A model generated the notes under the pieces. The model was given only the letters and a program-made list of their open reading frames with translations. It was not told where the DNA came from and searched no databases. A stretch of DNA of 64,000 nt from an uncultured Flavobacteriaceae bacterium (lineage in GTDB: Bacteria > Bacteroidota > Bacteroidia > Flavobacteriales > Flavobacteriaceae): NCBI GenBank assembly GCA_964276095.1, contig CAXYDR010000002.1, forward strand, positions 23,589 through 87,588, in the 5' to 3' direction. The position numbers were made by a program, and so were the translations under genes. Shown in pieces: positions 7,494 to 16,430 of the stretch (within the stretch, counting starts at the first letter, position 1; each line of letters starts with the position of its first letter).

Positions 7494-10130
7494 TTAACTT
7501 AAGGAAGTTAAGCTTTCCTTTATAGTTCCTATCTTGGCTAAAGCGTCAGCTTCTTTTTTGCGTTCACTTGTAATAACGGCTTCTGGAGCATTATTCACAA
7601 AGCGTTCATTAGACAACTTCTTTTGAACAGACTTTAAAAAACCTTCTGTGTAATTTAACTCCTCTGTTAACTTCTTAACCTCAGCCTCAACATCAATTGC
7701 TCCTGCCATTGGAATAAAATACTCGTTAGATTTAACTCTAAAACTTAATGCACCATCAACTTTTTCAGATACATAATTTAACTCAGAAATATTCCCTAAT
7801 TTCTTTATTACCGAATCAAAACGTGTTGCTGAGTTTTCATTATTTAATACTGAAAATTCAATTGTATCTTTAAATGAAATGTTCTTATCCTTTCTTACCG
7901 ATCTTATTCCAGAAACTACCTCAGCAACGATTTCAAAATCCTTTAAAATAGTTTGATCTATCTTCTTACTTTCTGGGTACATGGACACTATTAAAGCCTC
8001 CTCTTTACTCCTATCAGCAATTTGATGCCATAATTCCTCTGTTAAGAAAGGCATAAACGGATGTAATACTTTCAAGTTATTCTCAAACATTTCAATAACC
8101 GCATTAAAAGTAACTTTATCAATTGGTTGCTGATATCCTGGTTTTATCATTTCTAACAACCAAGAACAGAAATCGTCCCAAATTAATTTGTAGGTTGTCA
8201 TTAAGGCATCTGATAAACGATATTTAGAAAAGTGATCTTCAATTTCGGCAAAAGCAGCTTGAAATTTATTATCATACCATTCTAAAGCTATTTTACTAGA
8301 CTCTGGTTGATCAATAGCTTCACTGATCTCCCACCCACTAACTAATTTATAGGCGTTAAGTATTTTATTACTAAATGCTTTTCCTTGTTGTAATTTAGAT
8401 TCATCAAATAATAAATCAGTACCAGCTCCTGAACTTAACAACATCATTCCTGCACGTACGGCATCTGCACTATAGTCTTCTATTAATCCTAAAGCATCAG
8501 GAGAATTTCCTAATGATTTAGACATCTTACGTCCTTGTTGATCACGTACTATCCCAGTGAAATATACGTTTTCAAAAGGCTTTTCGTTTTTAAACTCATA
8601 TCCTGCAAAAATCATTCTAGCAACCCAGAAGAATATAATATCTGGCCCAGTGACTAAATCATTTGTTGGATAGTAGTAATTTATTTCTTCATTATCTGGA
8701 TTTCTAATTCCATCAAAAACAGATATTGGCCATAACCAAGATGAAAACCATGTATCCAAAGCATCATTATCTTGCCTTAAGTCGGAAGCCAAAAGTGAAT
8801 TATTACCTGTTTTCTCTTTTGCTAATTTAAGCGCTTCCGCACTATTTTCTGCAACTACAAAATCTTCTTTTGCATCACCATAGAAATATGCTGGAATTTG
8901 TTGCCCCCACCATAATTGACGTGACACATTCCAATCTCTAATATTCTCTAACCAATGACGGTAAGTGTTTTCTATTTTCTTTGGATATAATTTAATATCC
9001 TGGTCTTCTAAAACAGATTTCAATGCAGGCTTAACCAACTCGTCCATTTTTAAAAACCACTGATCAGACAATCTTGGCTCAATAACAGCTTTTGTTCGCT
9101 CAGAAGTACCAACTTTATTTAAGTGATCTTCCACCTTTGGCAAAGCACCTAATTCTTTTAATTCCTTAGAAATTTCTTTACGAACTACAAATCTATCTTT
9201 TCCTTGATAATGTAGACCAAAACTATTTAATGTAGCGTCCTCATTAAAGATATCAATAACCTCTAACTTGTGTTTATCTCCTAGTGCCTTATCATTTATA
9301 TCATGTGCTGGAGTAACTTTTAAACATCCAGTACCGAATTCTAAATCAACATATTCATCTTCAATAATAGGAATCACTCTGTTGCAAATAGGTACAATTG
9401 CTTTTTTCCCTCTTAAATGCGTGTAACGCTCGTCATTAGGATTTATACATATTGCAGTATCACCTAAAATAGTTTCAGGACGTGTGGTTGCAACAGTAAG
9501 CACTTCATCCGACCCTTCAATTTTATAATTAATATGATATAGCTTACCATTTTGCTCAACATATTCAACTTCTTCATCAGAAAGTGTTGTTTTCGCTTCA
9601 GGATCCCAGTTTACCATTCGGTATCCACGGTATATCATCCCTTTGTTATACAAGTCAACAAAGGATTTTATTACTGCTTCAGACATATCATCATCTAAAG
9701 TGAATTTTGTTCTATCCCAATCACATGAACATCCTAATTTTTTTAACTGCTCTAAAATAACACCTCCGTATTCATTGGTCCAATCCCAAGCATGTTTTAA
9801 AAACTCATCTCTTGTTAAGTCATTTTTATCAATTCCTTGTTCTTTTAAACGAGCAACAACTTTTGCTTCTGTAGCAATAGACGCATGATCAGTACCAGGA
9901 ACCCAGCAGGCGTTTTTCCCTTGTAAACGAGCACGACGTATTAAAACATCCTGAATAGTATTATTTAACATATGACCCATATGTAAAATACCAGTGACAT
10001 TTGGTGGCGGAATTACAATTGTATATGGCTCTCTTTCATCTGGAGTTGAATGAAAATAATTATTTTTCATCCAATAGCTATACCATTTTTCTTCTACTGC
10101 TTTAGCATTGTATTTCCCTAAATCACTCAT
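7494..10130 (-). CDS. valS: valine--tRNA ligase
   Basis: Class I HIGH (PPPNVTGILHMGH) and KMSKS motifs with a C-terminal coiled coil. The ATG at 10130 (MSDLGKYNAKAVEEKWY) is preferred to the ORF-track TTG at 10160, which overlaps the candidate -7 promoter box. Confidence 0.97.
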   Translation of the reverse strand: MSDLGKYNAKAVEEKWYSYWMKNNYFHSTPDEREPYTIVIPPPNVTGILHMGHMLNNTIQDVLIRRARLQGKNACWVPGTDHASIATEAKVVARLKEQGIDKNDLTRDEFLKHAWDWTNEYGGVILEQLKKLGCSCDWDRTKFTLDDDMSEAVIKSFVDLYNKGMIYRGYRMVNWDPEAKTTLSDEEVEYVEQNGKLYHINYKIEGSDEVLTVATTRPETILGDTAICINPNDERYTHLRGKKAIVPICNRVIPIIEDEYVDLEFGTGCLKVTPAHDINDKALGDKHKLEVIDIFNEDATLNSFGLHYQGKDRFVVRKEISKELKELGALPKVEDHLNKVGTSERTKAVIEPRLSDQWFLKMDELVKPALKSVLEDQDIKLYPKKIENTYRHWLENIRDWNVSRQLWWGQQIPAYFYGDAKEDFVVAENSAEALKLAKEKTGNNSLLASDLRQDNDALDTWFSSWLWPISVFDGIRNPDNEEINYYYPTNDLVTGPDIIFFWVARMIFAGYEFKNEKPFENVYFTGIVRDQQGRKMSKSLGNSPDALGLIEDYSADAVRAGMMLLSSGAGTDLLFDESKLQQGKAFSNKILNAYKLVSGWEISEAIDQPESSKIALEWYDNKFQAAFAEIEDHFSKYRLSDALMTTYKLIWDDFCSWLLEMIKPGYQQPIDKVTFNAVIEMFENNLKVLHPFMPFLTEELWHQIADRSKEEALIVSMYPESKKIDQTILKDFEIVAEVVSGIRSVRKDKNISFKDTIEFSVLNNENSATRFDSVIKKLGNISELNYVSEKVDGALSFRVKSNEYFIPMAGAIDVEAEVKKLTEELNYTEGFLKSVQKKLSNERFVNNAPEAVITSERKKEADALAKIGTIKESLTSLS

Positions 10131-10157
10131 TTGGTCTAATATTTGTAATATAATCAA

Positions 10158-10165
10158 CAAAAGTA
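10158..10165 (-). promoter_or_regulatory. candidate -7 box (TACTTTTG) for valS
   Basis: Exact TAnnTTTG match on the minus strand, 27 nt upstream of the ATG at 10130. Confidence 0.45.
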
Positions 10166-10286
10166 ACCATTACAATGCTATTTAAAAAGAGATTATTGCA
10201 TTTGTAATTAATATTTTAAATCAGGGAATAAGTAAAAACAAACAACACATTTCTATACTTATTAATGACATATTATATGAAGTATT

Positions 10287-10294
10287 TATTTTTG
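10287..10294 (+). promoter_or_regulatory. candidate -7 box (TATTTTTG) for the DUF1573 gene
   Basis: Exact TAnnTTTG match 66 nt upstream of the ATG at 10361. Confidence 0.3.
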
Positions 10295-10360
10295 TATATA
10301 TTTGACTTTATAATACCCTAAAACTATTACTTGAAATTTAAGTAAATAACACAAAGAACA

Positions 10361-10804
10361 ATGAAAAATTTATTCACCCTTTTACTCGTTAGTCTATTTA
10401 GCATTAGTATTTACGCTCAAGAAACTGCTGCTAAAATTGAATTTAAAGACGACACAGTTGATTACGGAAAAATCGAAAATGGAAGCAATGGCGTAAGAAC
10501 ATTCACTTTTACAAATACTGGTACTGCTCCACTGGTTATTACAAATGTAAAATCAAGTTGTGGTTGTACTGTACCTAAAAAACCTACAGCACCAATTGCT
10601 CCTGGTAAAAAAGGAGAAATTGAAGTGAAATATGACACCAAAAGAACTGGTTTTATAAGAAAAACAATAACTGTAACCTCTAACGCTACAAATGTAAAAA
10701 ACGGAGTTTCTTATTTAAAGATTAAAGGAGAAATTAAAAAGATAGACAACAGTAGTATTCTTGAAAAAAAGGAAGAGAAACCAAAATCTATAATGGATCA
10801 ATAA
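10361..10804 (+). CDS. DUF1573 domain protein (secreted)
   Basis: Signal peptide plus the KSSCGCTVP motif typical of DUF1573. Confidence 0.8.
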   Translation: MKNLFTLLLVSLFSISIYAQETAAKIEFKDDTVDYGKIENGSNGVRTFTFTNTGTAPLVITNVKSSCGCTVPKKPTAPIAPGKKGEIEVKYDTKRTGFIRKTITVTSNATNVKNGVSYLKIKGEIKKIDNSSILEKKEEKPKSIMDQ

Positions 10805-10827
10805 ATTCATTTTAAATTATAAAACTT

Positions 10828-10856
10828 AAAAAAAGCTCACTTAGTGGGCTTTTTTT
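10828..10856 (+). terminator. terminator after the DUF1573 gene, overlapping the 3' end of the convergent gene
   Basis: Stem AGCTCAC / GTGGGCT (one G-U pair) with loop TTA, followed by T7. Confidence 0.6.
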
Positions 10857-12151
10857 AATGGTGATTTTAATAAAAACTCTTTATACAAGACTCGTCTCTG
10901 ACGTTCAATCTTTAACCTTATTAAGGTATCGTCTTCGTCGTAAAAAAGACGATTAATTTTTTTTAATGTAAAATGAAAAGCCTTTAATCCATTTATCTCT
11001 AACAATATATCATTTTTTTGTAATCCAGCTAAGTCCGCTTGAGAACCTTCTCTAACAACATCTATTATAAATTCTGGGGTCAACAAATAGGTAAGATCTA
11101 CAAAAGATATGAAATTATCTGCTTCCAAATTCTTCAATAATTCTTTATTACTATTATTATTTACCGCCTCACCATCTTGCCTCAGTATTATTCCTGATTT
11201 ATTGTAATAAAAAGGATCGTTTAAGTACGAATTAGGTTTTAAATACATTTTTGAGTTGGGATAATCCATAATGATGGTAAAACGCTTCAGTAACTCTCCG
11301 CCAATACTACCAGACCTTTCTTTAAACCCTTTTATTTCTTTTGACAAATTAGTCTCATCAGGGTAAGATATTTTAACATCCCTAAACGTTTCATCCGCAA
11401 AAGTTAGTTGCTCAATTTTACTTCTTTTCCCTAATATTACTCCAGAAACGGACATCCCTAAAAAATCCTCATAATACCCATAATTAGCTGTAGATAAACT
11501 ATCTTCTTTAAACATCCATACTCCGTCACTCATACCGGTATCTAACAGAAATTTCTTGTCTTCACTACGTATTTTTGCTACGACATACGGCTTGCCTTTT
11601 GAAAATGATAAATCTATAGGTGTATATCTTTTCCATTTATTTTTATACCCCCCTTTTTTCAATATTTTAATAAACTTCTTACTATAAGACAACTCAACAA
11701 CAAAATCTTTAAACAAATGATATCCCAAAATACCATGTATTTCTTCTCCTAAATAAGACGATAAGTTTGTGTCCTGATTAAACGCAACGTAAACATCATG
11801 ATCTTTACTTTTAAGGTCGCCAATTTCTAAAAAATTATTTTTTGATTTTAGCGCAGTTACTTCAACATCATTTGCTCCTTTTACCGTAAACGTTCTCGCA
11901 TTGTTTAACATTAATGAATCTACTTTACTTACATTAAACAATATAGTTTCTCTTACTCCAGTGTCTAATAGAAACGACAACTCTACACCATTGAGCTTTA
12001 CTGGGACAACGATAAGGTTACTAACTAGGTCAAAAGGGATTTTAACCTGTTTCTCATTTCTATCCATCTCAAATGAAGACTGAGAAAATAGTGACGTTGT
12101 AAGAGTCAAGCAAGCAATAATAAATATGTATTTTTTTATATCTAAAAACAT
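10841..12151 (-). CDS. secreted retropepsin-like aspartyl protease with a C-terminal PDZ domain
   Basis: Signal peptide, two LLDTG motifs (FLLDTGVRET and FLLDTGMSDG), and a C-terminal PDZ-like segment (GSQADLAGLQKNDILLEINGL). Confidence 0.7.
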   Translation of the reverse strand: MFLDIKKYIFIIACLTLTTSLFSQSSFEMDRNEKQVKIPFDLVSNLIVVPVKLNGVELSFLLDTGVRETILFNVSKVDSLMLNNARTFTVKGANDVEVTALKSKNNFLEIGDLKSKDHDVYVAFNQDTNLSSYLGEEIHGILGYHLFKDFVVELSYSKKFIKILKKGGYKNKWKRYTPIDLSFSKGKPYVVAKIRSEDKKFLLDTGMSDGVWMFKEDSLSTANYGYYEDFLGMSVSGVILGKRSKIEQLTFADETFRDVKISYPDETNLSKEIKGFKERSGSIGGELLKRFTIIMDYPNSKMYLKPNSYLNDPFYYNKSGIILRQDGEAVNNNSNKELLKNLEADNFISFVDLTYLLTPEFIIDVVREGSQADLAGLQKNDILLEINGLKAFHFTLKKINRLFYDEDDTLIRLKIERQRRVLYKEFLLKSPLKKAH

Positions 12152-12254
12152 CTATTGAGTGTATTAATAAAAGTTACAAAAATATAAGTGAACCAAATTC
12201 TAATTTAACAAAAATTAACGTATTAAAAACGTTTTCTTATTTCAATAAAAAATG

Positions 12255-12262
12255 TAATTTTG
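12255..12262 (+). promoter_or_regulatory. candidate -7 box (TAATTTTG) for the aminotransferase gene
   Basis: Exact TAnnTTTG match 23 nt upstream of the ATG at 12286. Confidence 0.45.
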
Positions 12263-12285
12263 TTGTTCCTAAAATCAATAATAAA

Positions 12286-13479
12286 ATGCCTAAAATCTCA
12301 GCTAAAGGTAACGCAATGCCACAATCACCAATTCGTAAGTTGGTGCCATTTGCAGAAGCCGCTAAAAAAAGAGGGAACAAAGTTTTTCATTTAAACATTG
12401 GTCAACCTGATATTAAAACTCCTAAAATTGCTCTTGATGCTATTAAGAACAATAATTTAGAAGTTCTTGCTTATTCAAGATCTGAAGGATCAGAAGAATA
12501 CAGAACGAAAATCGCAACCTATTATAGTAAGCATAATGTAAATGTTAATCACGACGACATTATTGTAACTACTGGAGGTTCTGAAGCATTATTATTTACT
12601 TTTGGTAGTATTATGGATGCTGGTGATGAAGTTATTATTCCTGAACCATTTTACGCAAACTACAATGGGTTTTCTACCGCTTCTGGAGTTAAAGTTGTAC
12701 CTGTTATGTCAAGTATTGATGATGGGTTTGCATTACCTGCTATTGAGGAGTTTGAAAAATTAATTACTCCAAAAACTAAAGCAATATTAATTTGCAACCC
12801 CGGTAATCCAACTGGATACTTATATAGTAAAGAAGAAATAAAACAGCTAGCAGCTATCGTTAAAAAACATGATTTGTTTTTAGTAGCTGACGAAGTATAT
12901 CGTGAGTTTGCTTATGACGGATTAAAACATCATTCTGTTTTAGCAGAAAATGATTTAGATGAGCACGCAATTGTTATTGATTCTGTATCTAAACGTTATA
13001 GTATGTGTGGTGCACGTATTGGATGTATTGTTTCAAAAAACAAGGCTTTCATGGCTACTGCAATGAAATTTGCACAAGCTCGCTTAAGTCCTCCGACATA
13101 CGCACAAATTGCCTCGGAAGCAGCTTTAGATACACCAGAAAGTTATTTTACTGATGTAATTGAAGAATATACAGAACGTAGAAATACATTAATTTCTGAA
13201 TTGAAAAAAATTGACGGTGTAAAAGTAGCAACTCCAAAAGGAGCTTTTTACTGTATCGCTGAATTACCTATTGCTGATGCTGATGCTTTTGCTCAGTGGT
13301 TATTAGAAGATTTTAATTTAAACGGAGAAACTATTATGGTTGCTCCAGCCGCTGGATTTTATTCTACACCAGGAGTTGGACTAAACCAGATACGTATAGC
13401 TTACGTTTTGAAAAATGAAGATTTAATTAGCGCTGCTAATATTTTAAAAGCTGCATTAGCTGAATATCAGAAAAAATAA
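12286..13479 (+). CDS. PLP-dependent aminotransferase, class I (aspartate/aromatic type)
   Basis: 397 aa with the SVSKRYSMCGARIG PLP-lysine motif, plus NPGNPTG and ADEVYREF. Confidence 0.9.
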   Translation: MPKISAKGNAMPQSPIRKLVPFAEAAKKRGNKVFHLNIGQPDIKTPKIALDAIKNNNLEVLAYSRSEGSEEYRTKIATYYSKHNVNVNHDDIIVTTGGSEALLFTFGSIMDAGDEVIIPEPFYANYNGFSTASGVKVVPVMSSIDDGFALPAIEEFEKLITPKTKAILICNPGNPTGYLYSKEEIKQLAAIVKKHDLFLVADEVYREFAYDGLKHHSVLAENDLDEHAIVIDSVSKRYSMCGARIGCIVSKNKAFMATAMKFAQARLSPPTYAQIASEAALDTPESYFTDVIEEYTERRNTLISELKKIDGVKVATPKGAFYCIAELPIADADAFAQWLLEDFNLNGETIMVAPAAGFYSTPGVGLNQIRIAYVLKNEDLISAANILKAALAEYQKK

Positions 13480-13521
13480 GTACTTTACATTCCGTAAAGG
13501 AATTACTAATATAATACACTA

Positions 13522-13550
13522 ATTCCCGCTACGGCGGGAATCTTTATTTT
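13522..13550 (+). terminator. rho-independent terminator after the aminotransferase
   Basis: Stem ATTCCCGC / GCGGGAAT (13522-13529 / 13534-13541) with loop TACG and a T-rich tail. The tail overlaps the murB TTG start. Confidence 0.7.
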
Positions 13551-14562
13551 GAATATATCCCATCACATTTCTCTAAAGAACTACAATACTTTTGGTATTG
13601 ATGTTACAGCAAAAGATTTTATTGCCGTAACTACTACTAATGAATTACTAAAAGTACTACAACTAAAAAATCAAAGCTTATTTATTCTAGGTGGAGGTAG
13701 TAATATGCTACTCACAAAAAATATTGAGGATGCGTTAGTTGTTCATGTAAATATTAAAGGAAAAACAATCATTAAAGAAAATGATGACTTTGCTTGGATT
13801 ACCGTAAATGCAGGAGAAAATTGGCATGAGTTTATTCTTTGGGGTTTAGATAAAGGATATGGTGGTTTAGAAAACATGTCGTTAATTCCTGGGAATGTAG
13901 GTACTGCACCAATACAAAACATTGGAGCGTACGGAAAGGAATTAAAAGATAATTTTGTAGAATGTACTGCTGTTGAAGTTGCTACTGGTAAATCAAAAAT
14001 ATTTTCCAAATCGACCTGTAAATTTGGGTATCGAAATTCAATTTTTAAAAATGAATTAAAAGGGCAATATATTATTACCTCAGTTACATTTAAATTGACT
14101 AAAAAAAATCATGCATTAAATACTGGGTACGGTGCTATTGAAAACGAACTCAAAAACCAAAACATAACTTCTCCTTCTTTAAAAGAAATCTCTAATGCAG
14201 TAATTGCAATTAGACAATCAAAACTACCAGACCCAAAAATATTAGGCAATAGTGGTAGCTTTTTTAAAAACCCAGTTATTACTCAAACTGATTTTGAACA
14301 ATTTATATCCAAATTCCCTGAAGCTCCTAGTTATCGAGTTTCCGATAGTGAGGTGAAAATTCCAGCCGGATGGTTAATTGAACAAGCTGGATTTAAAGGA
14401 AAGCAATTTGGCGATGCTGGTGTACATAAAAACCAAGCTTTAGTATTGGTGAACTACGGAAACGCAAGCGGACAAGAAATTTGGAATTTAGCTATGAAAA
14501 TAAAAACTGCAGTTCTTGAACAATTTGGAATCGAAATTAACCCGGAAGTGAATGTGTATTAA
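13549..14562 (+). CDS. murB: UDP-N-acetylmuramate dehydrogenase
   Basis: SLKNYNTFGI N-terminus, GGGSNML FAD motif, and C-terminal GWLIEQAGFKG. TTG is the only available start. Confidence 0.93.
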   Translation: MNISHHISLKNYNTFGIDVTAKDFIAVTTTNELLKVLQLKNQSLFILGGGSNMLLTKNIEDALVVHVNIKGKTIIKENDDFAWITVNAGENWHEFILWGLDKGYGGLENMSLIPGNVGTAPIQNIGAYGKELKDNFVECTAVEVATGKSKIFSKSTCKFGYRNSIFKNELKGQYIITSVTFKLTKKNHALNTGYGAIENELKNQNITSPSLKEISNAVIAIRQSKLPDPKILGNSGSFFKNPVITQTDFEQFISKFPEAPSYRVSDSEVKIPAGWLIEQAGFKGKQFGDAGVHKNQALVLVNYGNASGQEIWNLAMKIKTAVLEQFGIEINPEVNVY

Positions 14563-14641
14563 ATAAGCTTTTTATATATTTTAACAATTATACACCATAC
14601 TATTTCAATCGTATACCTATTTTAGTGTAAAATAAATTCAG

Positions 14642-16285
14642 ATGAAATTTTTTACACTATTACTCCTATTTCCAATATTCCTCTCGGCACAAAGCGGCCT
14701 ATTTGAACATAAAGAAAATTTCACACGTCAAGATTCTTTACGAGGTAGTATTACACCTGAACGAGAATGGTGGGATTTAAAACACTATGATTTATCTGTT
14801 GAAGTATTTCCAAAAACTAAAACTATCAAAGGAAGTAATACCATTTGTTTTGAGGTTTTAAAGTCTGCAAAAAAAATGCAAATTGACTTACAAGAACCTC
14901 TACAAATAACTAAAATAACTCATCAGAACAAATCATTAAACTACTCGAGAGAAGGGAATGTATATTGGGTAAATTTCTCGAAAGACCTTCCTCTCGGCTT
15001 AGAAGAAAAAATCACTATCTATTACGAAGGAAAGCCTATTGAAAGTAGAAACCCACCATGGTCAGGTGGTATTACTTGGAGAAAAGATGAAAAAGGAAAT
15101 GACTTTATCGCTTCTTCAAACCAAGGAATTGGCGCAAGTATTTGGTGGCCAAACAAAGATCATAGCTACGACGAACCTGAAAACGGTATAGATATGCATA
15201 TTACTGTTCCAAAACACTTAACAGATGTTTCTAACGGAAGGTTAATTAACACAATTCACAATAAAGAAGCCAAAACAAAAACTTTTCATTGGCAAGTTAC
15301 TAATCCTATTAACAACTACGGCGTAAATATTAACATTGGGAATTACACCCATTTTTCAGAAACCTACAAGGGAGAAAATGGAAATTTAGACTGTAACTAT
15401 TGGGTTCTAAAACACAACCTAAAAAAAGCTCAAAAACAATTCAAACAAGCTAAAATGACTTTAGAAGCATTTGAACATTGGTTTGGACCATATCCCTTTT
15501 ATGAAGATAGCTACAAATTAGTTGAAGCACCATATTTAGGTATGGAACACCAAAGCTCTGTTACCTATGGAAATAAATACCGAAATGGCTATTTAGGTTC
15601 TGATTTAAGCGGAACAGGTATAGGCTTAAAATTTGATTTCATAATTGTTCATGAAAGTGGCCACGAATGGTTTGCCAATAATATAACCAACAAAGATGTT
15701 GCAGATATGTGGATTCACGAAAGTTTTACCGCCTATTCAGAAAGCCTATTTATTGACTACCATCTCTCTACAAAAGAAGCAGAAGATTATGTAATTGGCA
15801 CAAGAAGATCAATAAAAAATGACAAACCTCTTATTGGACAATACAATGTAAACAATGAGGGTTCTGGTGACATGTATTATAAAGGAGCTAATATGCTACA
15901 TACTTTACGTCAAATAATTAATAATGATAAAAAATGGAGAACTATACTTCGTGGATTAAATAAGGAATTTTATCACCAACAAGTTACTACAAAACAAATA
16001 GAAGATTACATTATTGAAAATGGTAATTTAAAAATCGATGGTTTTTTTGATCAATATTTAAGGACTATAAAAATTCCTGTTTTAGAATATCAAATAAAAG
16101 AGAATAAACTATCCTATAAATTCAAAAATGCAGTAAGTAACTTCAATATACCCGTAAAGGTTTGGGTTAATAAAAAGTTAGTTTGGATTGATGTTAGCAC
16201 CACCTCAAAATCATTCACTTTTGAGGACAAAATAAACTCATTTATTATTGATAAAAACTTCTACTTAAAACATAAAACACTCTAA
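14642..16285 (+). CDS. M1 family metallopeptidase (secreted)
   Basis: Signal peptide, zincin motif HESGHEWF, and a downstream WIHESFTAY glutamate. Confidence 0.85.
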   Translation: MKFFTLLLLFPIFLSAQSGLFEHKENFTRQDSLRGSITPEREWWDLKHYDLSVEVFPKTKTIKGSNTICFEVLKSAKKMQIDLQEPLQITKITHQNKSLNYSREGNVYWVNFSKDLPLGLEEKITIYYEGKPIESRNPPWSGGITWRKDEKGNDFIASSNQGIGASIWWPNKDHSYDEPENGIDMHITVPKHLTDVSNGRLINTIHNKEAKTKTFHWQVTNPINNYGVNINIGNYTHFSETYKGENGNLDCNYWVLKHNLKKAQKQFKQAKMTLEAFEHWFGPYPFYEDSYKLVEAPYLGMEHQSSVTYGNKYRNGYLGSDLSGTGIGLKFDFIIVHESGHEWFANNITNKDVADMWIHESFTAYSESLFIDYHLSTKEAEDYVIGTRRSIKNDKPLIGQYNVNNEGSGDMYYKGANMLHTLRQIINNDKKWRTILRGLNKEFYHQQVTTKQIEDYIIENGNLKIDGFFDQYLRTIKIPVLEYQIKENKLSYKFKNAVSNFNIPVKVWVNKKLVWIDVSTTSKSFTFEDKINSFIIDKNFYLKHKTL

Positions 16286-16398
16286 AACAATAACCTATAC
16301 TCGTTGTTGTATAATAAAAACTCATAAAAACCTCATAAAAGTCATATTCCGAACTCACTAACAACTCATTTCGTCGTTAAAAAAATACATTTAATCGA

Positions 16399-16406
16399 TA
16401 TGTTTG
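16399..16406 (+). promoter_or_regulatory. candidate -7 box (TATGTTTG) for the M43 protease gene
   Basis: Exact TAnnTTTG match 24 nt upstream of the ATG at 16431. The ORF-track TTG start (16404) lies inside this box. Confidence 0.45.
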
Positions 16407-16430
16407 AAGCAAATAAAACTCAAACATGCT

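Noticed and set aside
10131-10160. TTG-initiated N-terminal extensions in the ORF track: valS at 10160, M43 protease at 16404, the small Cys-rich ORF at 18899, rpsH at 57764 and ACBP at 5865.
   Set aside because: The downstream ATGs give canonical N-termini (MSDLGKY.., the MKKITLL signal peptide, the MKLLLL TM helix, MYTDPIADYL). The extensions also overlap promoter boxes, hairpins or the upstream gene.
13489-13503. A second small hairpin (ATTCCGTAAAGGAAT) just upstream of the aminotransferase terminator, possibly forming a REP-like pair.
   Set aside because: It has only a 5-bp stem and no other copies in the window. The adjacent GC-rich hairpin alone explains termination.
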